Origin: Verrucomicrobiia bacterium
GTDB lineage: Bacteria > Verrucomicrobiota > Verrucomicrobiia > Limisphaerales > UBA8199
Length of the DNA: 64,000 bases
Assembly: GCA_035946615.1 (NCBI GenBank)
Contig: DASYZB010000161.1
Span: 6,881 to 70,880 of the forward strand
Direction: 5' to 3'
A program made the position numbers and the translations under genes. How positions within the stretch are numbered: position 1 is the stretch's first letter; each line of letters opens with the position of its first letter. Shown in pieces: positions 17,407 to 26,322 of the stretch. The notes under the pieces were generated by a model that did no database searches, was not told the origin of the DNA, and saw only the letters and a list, made by a program, of their open reading frames with translations.

Positions 17407-19203
17407 ATGCTGACCACCTTGCGCATCAAAAACCTTGCCCTGGTCACCGACCTGACTCTCGAACTGCAACATGGCTATAACGTCATCACCGGCGAGACCG
17501 GCGCGGGCAAATCCATCCTAATTGGGGCGTTGAATCTCGTTTTGGGCCAGCGGGCCGATCGCACACTGATCCGCAGCGGCGCCGAGAGCTGTTCGGTCGA
17601 GGCTGTGTTCGACATCGCCTCGCTTACAGCAGAACTGGCCCCGCTCCTGGATGAAAATGGGATCGAGCCCTGCGAAGACCACCAGCTTGTTCTCAAGCGC
17701 GCATTCACCAACACAGGGGCCAACCGCCAGTTTATAAATGGTTCTCCAGCCACACTGAACCTGCTTGCCTCTATCGGCGAACGGCTGGTCGATATCCATG
17801 GCCCGCATGAGCACCAATCGCTCCTCTACCCAGCTCGCCAGTTGGCCATTCTCGATGCGTTCGGCGGCCTGGAAGCCCACCGCGAGGCCTTCGCCGGCCT
17901 GGTGCGCCGCCGAGCCGAAATCGAGGCTGAAAAGACCGCGCTCATTGTCGATGAACACACCTACGCCCAGCAGCTCGACCTCCTCGCGTTTCAAGTCAAT
18001 GAAATCACCGCGGCCACACTGATCCCCGATGAGGATGCTCAGGTTGAACAGCATTTTCAACGCGCCAGCAACGCCGCCCGCCTCATCCAACTTGGCCAGG
18101 CCGCCCTCGACCTCCTCAACGAAAACGAAAACTCGCTGCTGACCCAGGCCGGGGCTGTGGGCCGGACCTTGCAAGAACTCAATCGCTTGGACCCCTCCGC
18201 CGCTCCCGTGCTCGAATTGCACCGGCAGGCCATCGCCTCCCTTCACGAGTTACAATCCCAGCTCGCGGTATATCTCGATAAAGTCGACGTGGACCCCGAG
18301 CGCCTCGCCCAACTCGAAGAACGGCTCAACTTGCTCCAGACGCTCAAACGCAAGTACGGCTCCAGCCTCCCGCAGGTCATTGCCTTCGGCGAAGAGGCTC
18401 GGCGCAAACTCGAGGCCCTCCAGCAACGCGATCAAGAGCTTGCCCGGTTGAATATCGAGCTTCAGAAACTCGAAACCGCCGTCCGCCAGGCCGGCCAGAG
18501 CCTCTCGGCAAGGCGTCTCAAAGTCCTTCCTCAATTGAGCCGTGCCGTCAGCCGCCAACTCGCCGAGTTGGGCTTCAAGCAAAGCCGCTTCGATATCACT
18601 CTGACCTCAAGCGACCTCCCCTCGCTCAGCCAGGGCAGCCTGGCCAATACCCCCAAGCCCAATCCCATGAGCGCTCATGGCTGCGACACCATCGAATTCC
18701 AATTCGCTCCCAACCCCGGTGAACCCCCTCGCCCATTGCGCGCCATCGCCTCCTCCGGCGAATTGGCTCGCGTTATGTTGGCCCTCAAAACTGTTTTAGC
18801 CGCGCAAGACCAGGTTCCAGTCCTGGTTTTCGATGAAATCGATGCCAATGTCGGCGGAGAAACCGCCGGCGCGCTCGCTGAAAAGATGCGCGCTATCGCC
18901 CGGAAACGCCAGGTCCTCTGCATCACCCACCTCCCTCAGGTGGCCGCCTCCGCTTCCGCTCATTTCCTGGCGTCAAAAGAAGTTAAGGCCGGTCGTACCA
19001 TTTCAGAGATTGCCTTGCTAGATAAATCCAGCCGCATCGCTGAACTGACCCGCATGTTGGGGGGCGAAACCGAAGCCGCCCGCAGGCACGCCCAGGCCCT
19101 GTTCGAGCGCGGCCAAACTGAGGTCAACGCGGCAGTGCGAAAGCGACCACCGCATCGCTCTGCGCCTCCTCGCGTATTTTGGAGTGACCCCCTGCAGCAA
19201 TGA
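17407..19203 (+). CDS. recN: DNA repair protein RecN
   Basis: MLTTLRIKNLALV...ITGETGAGKSILIGAL gives the Walker A motif. A long coiled-coil middle and a C-terminal SGGELARVMLALK...VLVFDEIDANVGG follow. The last ~30 codons (Arg/Pro-rich) run into the convergent gene. Confidence 0.9.
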   Translation: MLTTLRIKNLALVTDLTLELQHGYNVITGETGAGKSILIGALNLVLGQRADRTLIRSGAESCSVEAVFDIASLTAELAPLLDENGIEPCEDHQLVLKRAFTNTGANRQFINGSPATLNLLASIGERLVDIHGPHEHQSLLYPARQLAILDAFGGLEAHREAFAGLVRRRAEIEAEKTALIVDEHTYAQQLDLLAFQVNEITAATLIPDEDAQVEQHFQRASNAARLIQLGQAALDLLNENENSLLTQAGAVGRTLQELNRLDPSAAPVLELHRQAIASLHELQSQLAVYLDKVDVDPERLAQLEERLNLLQTLKRKYGSSLPQVIAFGEEARRKLEALQQRDQELARLNIELQKLETAVRQAGQSLSARRLKVLPQLSRAVSRQLAELGFKQSRFDITLTSSDLPSLSQGSLANTPKPNPMSAHGCDTIEFQFAPNPGEPPRPLRAIASSGELARVMLALKTVLAAQDQVPVLVFDEIDANVGGETAGALAEKMRAIARKRQVLCITHLPQVAASASAHFLASKEVKAGRTISEIALLDKSSRIAELTRMLGGETEAARRHAQALFERGQTEVNAAVRKRPPHRSAPPRVFWSDPLQQ

Positions 19204-21079
19204 CCACGAATTGCCTGCCGCCAACCTTGGCCCGGTAGGTCATCGGTGTCGCGGCCCCGCTCGCCGGTAACGTTGCTTTCCAAAGTTCTTCGCCCGTTTC
19301 GATGTCAAAGGCGCGGATGTACGGTTCCACTGTTCCAGCGATGAAAATCAACCCGCCCGCTGTCGCAATTGGGCCACCCAGACTAATCGAGCCCGGCGGA
19401 ACGTTGGTTTTTTTTCCGCCAAAATCGTGCATCGACCCCAGCGGGACCTGCCACCGGATTTTGCCCTCGCTCATATCCACCGCCGTGAGCAGCCCCCAAG
19501 GCGGAGGCGAGCAGGGCAGGTCCGATGGGGCCTGGAGGAAATTGCGGAAAACCCCGTATGGCGTTCCGGCTTGTGGCGCATATTCGCCGCCCTCGCTGCG
19601 GTGATGCGCGTCCTCAAACTCCGCGCGCGCAACCAGCCTTACCTGTGCCGGAAGGTTGTTGACATTGGCCACCAGCAGCTTCCTGCCCGGGTCAAACGCG
19701 TAGCCGCTCCAGTTCAAACCGCCCACGTTTCCTGGAATGACCAGCGACCCTCGCAGACTGGGCGGAGTGAAGATGCCTTCGAAGCGCAAGGCCCGCAGAC
19801 GTTGGCGGCAGGCCACGCGCTCGGCTGGGGTAACTCCCCAGGCATCGTCCGCCGAAATGGTGTGCGGCGCCAGAGGCGGCGGCGCTACCGGGAAAGGTTG
19901 CGTGGAGGAGGTTTCTTCGCCGGGAACGTCGCTTTGGGGCACAGGACGTTCTTCAACCGAAAAGACCGGCGCGCCGGTGTCACGATTGAGCGCATAAACA
20001 AGGCCGGTCTTGTTACCCTGAATAACCACTGGCACCTCTTTACCGCCATGAGGGATGGTTGCCAGGAGCGGGGGCGAGGCGGTGTCATAATCCCACAGGT
20101 CATGGTGCACGAGCTGAAAACCCCAGGCCAATTCTCCGCTCTGCGAGCGCAGAGCAACGATCGAGTCCGCCCATTTGTCGTCGCCGGGCCGCAGCCCGCC
20201 GTAATAATCCGGGCTGGCGCTGCCGGTGGGCACAAAGACCAGGTGGCGCTCAGGATCGACCGCCATAACGGACCAGGCATTGGCGGCGCCGCTGCGCCAG
20301 GGCCTGGTCATGGAATCGGACCGGTTGGCCTCGAGCGGTTCCCAACTCCACCGCAGGGCACCCGTGTGCGCATCAAAGGCCCGAACCACCCCATCCGGCA
20401 TGTCTGCTCGCGTGTTGTCGTCTATGGCCGAACCGACTATGACCAGACCGTCAATGACGCTGGGCGGTGAGGTCATATGGTAGGCCCCCGGCGCGAACCG
20501 AGCGACGTGTCGCAGGTTCACCTGGCCGCCATGGCCGAACTCGCGGCAAGGCTGGCCAGTGGCCGCATCTAGGGCGATGAGCCGCCCATCCAGGGTGGCC
20601 TCAAAGAGCCGGCGTCGTGCGCCCTGTCCCCCTTTTCCCGCTCCGCCTCCACCTGGCCTGGGCTCGGCCCAGGTCGCCACTCCCCGATTGACCAGTCCAT
20701 CCCCATAATTCCAATTGAGCCGTATTTTGGGGTCATACGCCCAAAGTTGCGTCCCGGTTTCCGGGTCCAGCGCGATCACCCGATTAAATGGGGTGGTCAG
20801 GTACAGGATGCCATCGACCAGAATCGGCGTTGTCTCAAACCCGCTACGGTTGTGCCCGCCGCTGCCGTTGGAGATATCGCCCGTGTGGAACACCCAGGCA
20901 ACCTCGAGCCGGGAAACATTCTGGCGATTGATTTCCGCAAGAGGCGAAAAACGCATGCCCCCTGCATCATGCCCATAGAAAGGCCACTCATCGACCGGCC
21001 CCCCCGCAGCGAGGGCCGCTGCCACCCCGCTCACACAGACGAAAGCACACAGCATACTACTTGGACTTGCGGGTTTCAT
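19124..21079 (-). CDS. PQQ-dependent (quinoprotein) dehydrogenase, soluble, with signal peptide
   Basis: The signal peptide is MKPASPSSMLCAFVCVSGVAAALAAG. WPFYGHDAGGMRFSPLAEINRQNVSRLEVAWVFHTGD and repeated W-containing propeller blades are typical of the glucose/quinate-type quinoprotein family. No N-terminal TM bundle is present. Confidence 0.75.
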   Translation of the reverse strand: MKPASPSSMLCAFVCVSGVAAALAAGGPVDEWPFYGHDAGGMRFSPLAEINRQNVSRLEVAWVFHTGDISNGSGGHNRSGFETTPILVDGILYLTTPFNRVIALDPETGTQLWAYDPKIRLNWNYGDGLVNRGVATWAEPRPGGGGAGKGGQGARRRLFEATLDGRLIALDAATGQPCREFGHGGQVNLRHVARFAPGAYHMTSPPSVIDGLVIVGSAIDDNTRADMPDGVVRAFDAHTGALRWSWEPLEANRSDSMTRPWRSGAANAWSVMAVDPERHLVFVPTGSASPDYYGGLRPGDDKWADSIVALRSQSGELAWGFQLVHHDLWDYDTASPPLLATIPHGGKEVPVVIQGNKTGLVYALNRDTGAPVFSVEERPVPQSDVPGEETSSTQPFPVAPPPLAPHTISADDAWGVTPAERVACRQRLRALRFEGIFTPPSLRGSLVIPGNVGGLNWSGYAFDPGRKLLVANVNNLPAQVRLVARAEFEDAHHRSEGGEYAPQAGTPYGVFRNFLQAPSDLPCSPPPWGLLTAVDMSEGKIRWQVPLGSMHDFGGKKTNVPPGSISLGGPIATAGGLIFIAGTVEPYIRAFDIETGEELWKATLPASGAATPMTYRAKVGGRQFVVIAAGGHSKIREEAQSDAVVAFALPR

Positions 21080-21305
21080 TGCAAGTCACTCCTGCACTCT
21101 CTGATGGCATTCGTCAAGAGTGACGTTGCCCTTCTCCTTCTGGCTGGACGCCCCACACGACAGAATAAATGAGTATGACGTTTCCCGCCACCATCACGCA
21201 CCCGCCAGCCGGCCCGTCACCCACGCGCGTCCGCCACTCCCTCTCCTTGTTGAGGGCGGGGCTTTCAAGCGTCGCTACGCGAGGCGGCATGTGATGGGCT
21301 GGATT

Positions 21306-21353
21306 CCGTGGGCCGAGGCCCACGGCTACCGGCGCGGCACCGCTACGCGGTGC
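21306..21353. repeat. Double-hairpin palindromic repeat, family 2, copy 1
   Basis: ccgtgggcc-ga-ggcccacgg is a 9-bp perfect stem. It is followed by gcaccgc-tac-gcggtgc, a 7-bp stem. A second copy with the same two stems lies at 48085-48143. Confidence 0.6.
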
Positions 21354-21560
21354 GGTCCTCCCGTCCGTTGGAGGGGAGCGCGAAGGGAGGAAACCGTTGA
21401 AAATTCGATTCAGTTTGGCTTCCTATGCACGCCTCTGTTTTCTCTGTTGTCTCTCGTGAAAATGCACGCAACGGGTTGCGAATCAACAAATGCACATTTT
21501 CATGCATAGTGGAGAACGCAAGTTCATGAAGTTTCCTGTTCAAATTGAATCGTTTCGGCT

Positions 21561-21586
21561 AACGCAGCGCGTTACCTGCGTTTTTC
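21561..21586 (+). terminator. Terminator/attenuator-like hairpin with T-tract upstream of the helicase-nuclease gene
   Basis: aacgcag-cgcgttac-ctgcgtt is followed by a ttttt run ending at 21585. It lies 44 nt before ATG 21630. Confidence 0.35.
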
Positions 21587-21629
21587 CAGTTGCGCCTGCA
21601 CGGCCTGTGCCACAAGTTGCCCGCTCGAA

Positions 21630-24600
21630 ATGAATTTAACTGCCGCCCAAAAGGAGGCGATCGAGGCCCCGGGCAATGTGCTCCTGGTCGCTGGGGCGGG
21701 CACGGGCAAGACCCGCACCCTGGTCGAGAGATGCCTGTTTCTTTTGGTCGAGGCGCAGCCGCGGGCCTCCCTCGAAGAGGTCCTTCTGGTCACCTTCACC
21801 GAGGCGGCGGCGACGGAAATGCGCGGGCGCATCCGGGAGCGGCTGCTGCAGGAATCGGCAAAGAATCCCCAAGACGCGCATTGGCAGGAACAGATTGCCC
21901 TGTTCGAAACAGCCCGTATCGGGACGCTCCATAGTTTTTGCCTCGAATTAATTCGCCAGCATTTCTATCAGCTCGCCCTTGATCCCCAGTTAAGCGTGCT
22001 GGCCGAAGAGGAAGCGCGCTTGCTGGCTGAGGAAACCCTCGAAGAGCTGCTCCAAACCCACTACGCCGGCCAGGACAGCCAAGCCCAAGCCGTGCAGAGT
22101 CTGATACAGGTCCAGGGCAGCGGGTCCGACCGGCTCGTTCGCGCCCTGGTGCTGCGTCTGCATCGCTACACCCAAAGTTTGCCGGACCCGGCTGGCTGGC
22201 TGCGCCAGCAAGTATTGGCTTACGAGGCCGGCGCGCCACAGAAGTGGGTTGAATGGCTGAATCAGGCCCTGGCGGATTGGCGCGCGGCCTGGTTGCCGGC
22301 CCTGCACAGCCTGGCGGCCCACAACGCACTGGCCGCCGAGTGCGCCGCCGTGCTCTTAGGGCTCCCTCCTGGGGCGGGCCGCGCGGAAGTGGTGGCTGCC
22401 CTGGGACAGGTCACCGCTATTGCCTCTCAATGTCCGAACGGCAAAAAAGGACTTTGGCATGAGCCCCTCAAGGAATTCTTCGCCGAGACCGCATTCCTCC
22501 GCTCAGTCGCGCAGAGCCCGCCAGGCCCGCCCAATCTTCCACCGGCGACACCGCACAACCCTGCGAGCGCCGCAACTCCCGCCGCTTTGCCAAATGCTCG
22601 ACAAGGCCCCGCCGTCATCAATTCCGCGCCTGGCAGCGACCCCCTGGCCCAGGATTGGGAATGGGTCCGCCACGAAATGCTGGCCCTGTTGCGCCTCGCC
22701 CAGGATTTTGCCGGCGCCTTCGCCGAAGCCAAGCGCGAGCTTGGCGCAGTGGATTTCGCCGATATCGAGCAATACGCCCTTGGGCTGCTGTGGGATTCCG
22801 CGGCAAACGAGCCGACGAAGATCGCCCGGCAATGGCGCAAAAAAATCCGTTACGTGTTCGTGGATGAGTACCAGGACATTAATGCCGCGCAGGATAAGAT
22901 CATCCAGGCCCTTAGCCGCGAGGCGGCGGAAGCCAATCGCTTTCTGGTGGGTGATGTCAAGCAAAGCATTTATCGGTTCCGCCTGGCCGCACCCCACGTC
23001 TTCCAGGGCTACATCCGGCAGTGGGCCAAAGGCGAGGGGCGCGTTATCCCGTTGGTGGACAATTTTCGCAGCCGCGAAGGGATTTTGCTCTTCGTTAATT
23101 CGCTTTTTGAGCGTCTCATGCGGCCCGAACTCGGGAGCGTGTCTTACGATGAAATGGCGCGCCTGGCCTTCGGCGCTCCGTTGGAACGCCGCCTCCTAAG
23201 CGCCTCTGAAAACCCGGCGCCCTGCGTCGAGCTGCACCTGTGTCTCAAAGGAGGGGCCGAACCTTCGGACCCGGAGCCCGATTCGGCAGAGGGCCTGGCC
23301 GAGGCGCGCGACTTGGAAGAGCCGGCCAAAGAGGCCCGCCAGGTAGCATTGCGGCTGCTGGAATTGCGCGCCAGCCGTCATCCCATTTGGGACGAGCAAT
23401 CCCGGCAATTCCGCTCCGTCGAGTGGCGCGATATGGCCGTCCTTCTGCGGGCCCCTGCAGGGAAAGCGGAAAGCTTTGCCAAAGAATTCTCCGCCCTCGA
23501 GGTCCCTCTGCAGGTCGCCCGTGCCGGGTTTTATGAGAGCCTCGAGGTCTCCGATTTGTTGAATTTGCTCCAATTACTCGATAACCCGTTGCAGGACGTG
23601 CCGGCCCTGGGTGTTTTGCGCTCGCCGCTGGTCGGCCTAACGCTCAATGAATTGGCTCTCATTCGGCTGGCCGCGCCCAAAGCCCATTTCTGGACCGCCC
23701 TTCTGCGGTGGAATCGGCAGCCCCAAAGTCCCATTCCAGCCTCCGGCAACGCAACGAAAGAGGCGAACGACCGGGAATCCCCGTCGGTTATTGACCCGCT
23801 GGAGACTGGCCGCAAAACCGCCACATTCCTCGAACGCTTCGCCCGATGGCGGCGTTTGGCCAGGCAAGTGTCCCTTTCGCAGTGCCTCGAAGCGGTTTTG
23901 GCCGAAACCCATTACTCCGATTGGCTCTGGACCCAGCCCCGGGGCCAACAGCGCCAGGCCAATGTCATGCGCTTGTTAAAGCTGGCCCAGCAGTTCGACC
24001 GCTTTCAACGCCAGGGCTTGTTCCGTTTCTTGCGGTTCATTGAAGCGCAACAATCGGTCGATTCGGAGCCCGAGACACCTTCCCTGAACGAAGAGAACTC
24101 CGTTTCTTTGCTGAGCATACACCAGAGCAAAGGGCTTGAATTCCCCGTAGTTGTCGTGGCTGACCTGGGCAAGCTTTTCAATCTTTCCGACCTGAGGGCC
24201 GGACTGATTCTGGACGAGTTATACGGCTTGTGTCCGCGTATCAAACCGCCCCATTCTGCCAGGTCCTACCCGAGCCTGCCGCATTGGCTGGCTCGGCGCC
24301 GCCAACTCCGCGAGCTGCTGGCTGAAGAGATGCGCCTGCTCTATGTCGCCATCACCCGCGCGCGCGACACTCTGCTGCTCAGCGCCAATATCGCTCGCAC
24401 CCGCTTCGAGCGGCTCTGGAAAGCCAAATCGGAAACAGGCACCGACGCCTTGCTCTCAGCCAGGAGTTACGCCGATTGGCTGGGGCTTTGGTTTTCCCAA
24501 CACGTTCCCCAAATGGAGCCGCCACAACAGGGGCAGACCGAGTTGTTGCGCTGGTTCATTTGCGACGAGGACGCGGCATTGCGGCGACCGAACCGCGAAG

Positions 24601-25406
24601 TGCCTCCACCCGGTCCGGTTACACGCCGGGACGCCGCCCTCGATTCGCCTGTCCTGGAAAAGCTGCGGCGGCGTCTCGCATGGCGCTATCCCCATGAAGC
24701 TGCAACCAGCCAATCCGCCAAGAGTTCGGTGTCGCTGTTGCGAAGGCAAGCCGCCGAAAAGCTCGGTGAAGAAGCGACCTTTTTATTTGGCGCTCCCTCT
24801 TCAAAGCTCAGGTCGCCTCGATCGAGGGTTACGGGGGAAAATGCCTCACCTCGCCTCTCTACACGGCCTTCCGCCGCTGAGATTGGCAACGCCCATCATG
24901 CGTTTCTCGAAGGCATCGCGCTGGACCGGGCGGGCTCGAAGACGCAACTGGAAGCGGAGGCCAAACGGCTTGAACGCGCCGGGCACTTGGCCATCGAGGA
25001 GGTTGCTTTGCTTGATTTCAAGGCCCTGGCCGCCTTCTGGGGTTCCGGTTTGGGCGCAAGAATCCGCGCGCAAACCCCCTTTGTCCATCGCGAGCTGCCC
25101 TTCACGGTTCGTTTTCGTGCAGACGAGATAGCCGCCCTACTCGGGTTGCCTGCGCAATCGGACCTCCAAAACGAGTTCGTCATCGTGCAGGGTGTTGTGG
25201 ATTTGGCGGTCATTCTTCCCAATGAAATCTGGCTGCTTGATTTCAAAACCGATGACCTCAGGCCCGCCCAATTGTCCGGAAAGCTCCAGTTGTATGAGCC
25301 CCAGTTGAAACTCTACGCCCGCGCCCTCGCGCAGGTATATAAGAAACCTGTCTCGGAATCCTGGCTCTACTTTCTGCACCTGCAACAGGCATCGAGGGTC
25401 CAATAG
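21630..25406 (+). CDS. AddA/RecB-type ATP-dependent helicase-nuclease (UvrD helicase + PD-(D/E)XK nuclease), 1258 aa
   Basis: The N-terminus is LTAAQKEAIEAPGNVLLVAGAGTGKTRTLVERC (Walker A). Also present are FVDEYQDINAAQ and SIHQSKGLEFPVVVV...LLYVAITRARD. The C-terminal nuclease motifs are VQGVVDLAVILPNEIWLLDFKTD and YEPQLKLYARAL. Confidence 0.85.
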   Translation: MNLTAAQKEAIEAPGNVLLVAGAGTGKTRTLVERCLFLLVEAQPRASLEEVLLVTFTEAAATEMRGRIRERLLQESAKNPQDAHWQEQIALFETARIGTLHSFCLELIRQHFYQLALDPQLSVLAEEEARLLAEETLEELLQTHYAGQDSQAQAVQSLIQVQGSGSDRLVRALVLRLHRYTQSLPDPAGWLRQQVLAYEAGAPQKWVEWLNQALADWRAAWLPALHSLAAHNALAAECAAVLLGLPPGAGRAEVVAALGQVTAIASQCPNGKKGLWHEPLKEFFAETAFLRSVAQSPPGPPNLPPATPHNPASAATPAALPNARQGPAVINSAPGSDPLAQDWEWVRHEMLALLRLAQDFAGAFAEAKRELGAVDFADIEQYALGLLWDSAANEPTKIARQWRKKIRYVFVDEYQDINAAQDKIIQALSREAAEANRFLVGDVKQSIYRFRLAAPHVFQGYIRQWAKGEGRVIPLVDNFRSREGILLFVNSLFERLMRPELGSVSYDEMARLAFGAPLERRLLSASENPAPCVELHLCLKGGAEPSDPEPDSAEGLAEARDLEEPAKEARQVALRLLELRASRHPIWDEQSRQFRSVEWRDMAVLLRAPAGKAESFAKEFSALEVPLQVARAGFYESLEVSDLLNLLQLLDNPLQDVPALGVLRSPLVGLTLNELALIRLAAPKAHFWTALLRWNRQPQSPIPASGNATKEANDRESPSVIDPLETGRKTATFLERFARWRRLARQVSLSQCLEAVLAETHYSDWLWTQPRGQQRQANVMRLLKLAQQFDRFQRQGLFRFLRFIEAQQSVDSEPETPSLNEENSVSLLSIHQSKGLEFPVVVVADLGKLFNLSDLRAGLILDELYGLCPRIKPPHSARSYPSLPHWLARRRQLRELLAEEMRLLYVAITRARDTLLLSANIARTRFERLWKAKSETGTDALLSARSYADWLGLWFSQHVPQMEPPQQGQTELLRWFICDEDAALRRPNREVPPPGPVTRRDAALDSPVLEKLRRRLAWRYPHEAATSQSAKSSVSLLRRQAAEKLGEEATFLFGAPSSKLRSPRSRVTGENASPRLSTRPSAAEIGNAHHAFLEGIALDRAGSKTQLEAEAKRLERAGHLAIEEVALLDFKALAAFWGSGLGARIRAQTPFVHRELPFTVRFRADEIAALLGLPAQSDLQNEFVIVQGVVDLAVILPNEIWLLDFKTDDLRPAQLSGKLQLYEPQLKLYARALAQVYKKPVSESWLYFLHLQQASRVQ

Positions 25407-25443
25407 TTGACTTTGCCCCCGCCTCTTCTTAGCCTCCCCAACG

Positions 25444-26322
25444 ATGAAGCTGCTGGCCGATTCCATCCTTGAACTCATCCGGCGCACCTCGGCTGAAATC
25501 CCCGATGATGTGCATCGCGCCATCCTGGCGTCCCTTGAACGGGAACAAAAGGGGACCATTGCCCAGAGCGCCATGCAGATTATCGATCAAAATGTTGCCC
25601 TGGCAAAAAGCAAATCCCAACCCATTTGCCAGGATACCGGCAGCATCCTTTTCTTTGTCGAGTGCCCGCTGGGCTTCGACCAGCTCGCCTTTGAAGAAAC
25701 CGCTCGCGACGCGGTCAAGACGGCCACGAAAAAGGGCTTTCTGCGGCAGAATTCAGTCGATTCCATTACCGGCAAAAACGACGGCACCAACGTCGGGCCA
25801 GGCTCGCCGACCATTCACTTTCATCAGCAGCGCAATGGGGAGGTTTCGGTGCGGTTGGTGCTCAAGGGCGGCGGCTGCGAAAACGTCGGGGCGCAGTACT
25901 CGTTGCCCAACGAGAAGCTCAAGGCCAACCGCGACCTGGACGGCTGCCGCAAAGCGATCCTCGATGCGGTCCTCCAGGCTCAAGGCAAAGGATGCGGACC
26001 TGGAATCCTCGGGGTGTGCATCGGGGGAGACAGGGCAACGGGTTACGAGTTTTCCAAGATACAGTTATTGCGCAGGCTCGACGACCGCAATGGGAACGAG
26101 CAGTTGGCCCGGCTCGAAGAGGATATTGTCGAAACGGCCAACAAGCTCGGCATTGGCCCGATGGGCTTTGGCGGGCGCACCACGCTTCTGGGCACCAAAA
26201 TCGGCGTGCTCAACCGCCTGCCGGCATCCTACTTTGTTAGCGTCAGTTACATGTGTTGGGCCTATCGCCGGCAAGGTGTGCGCCTGCGGACCGGCGGCGC
26301 CATCGAGGAATGGCTTTACTGA
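25444..26322 (+). CDS. Fe-S hydro-lyase alpha subunit (class I fumarate hydratase / L(+)-tartrate dehydratase type)
   Basis: QSAMQIIDQNVALAKSKSQPICQDTGSILFFVECP and CGPGILGVCIGGDRATG are typical of the N-terminal/alpha subunit of two-subunit class I fumarases. Confidence 0.85.
   Translation: MKLLADSILELIRRTSAEIPDDVHRAILASLEREQKGTIAQSAMQIIDQNVALAKSKSQPICQDTGSILFFVECPLGFDQLAFEETARDAVKTATKKGFLRQNSVDSITGKNDGTNVGPGSPTIHFHQQRNGEVSVRLVLKGGGCENVGAQYSLPNEKLKANRDLDGCRKAILDAVLQAQGKGCGPGILGVCIGGDRATGYEFSKIQLLRRLDDRNGNEQLARLEEDIVETANKLGIGPMGFGGRTTLLGTKIGVLNRLPASYFVSVSYMCWAYRRQGVRLRTGGAIEEWLY

Noticed and set aside
21114-21543. ORFs 21120..21509 (+), 21114..21323 (-) and 21343..21543 (-) in the large spacer upstream of the helicase-nuclease gene.
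   Set aside because: They read straight through the palindromic repeat hairpins, use weak starts (GTG/TTG) and have implausible composition. The region is better explained as non-coding repeats and regulatory DNA.
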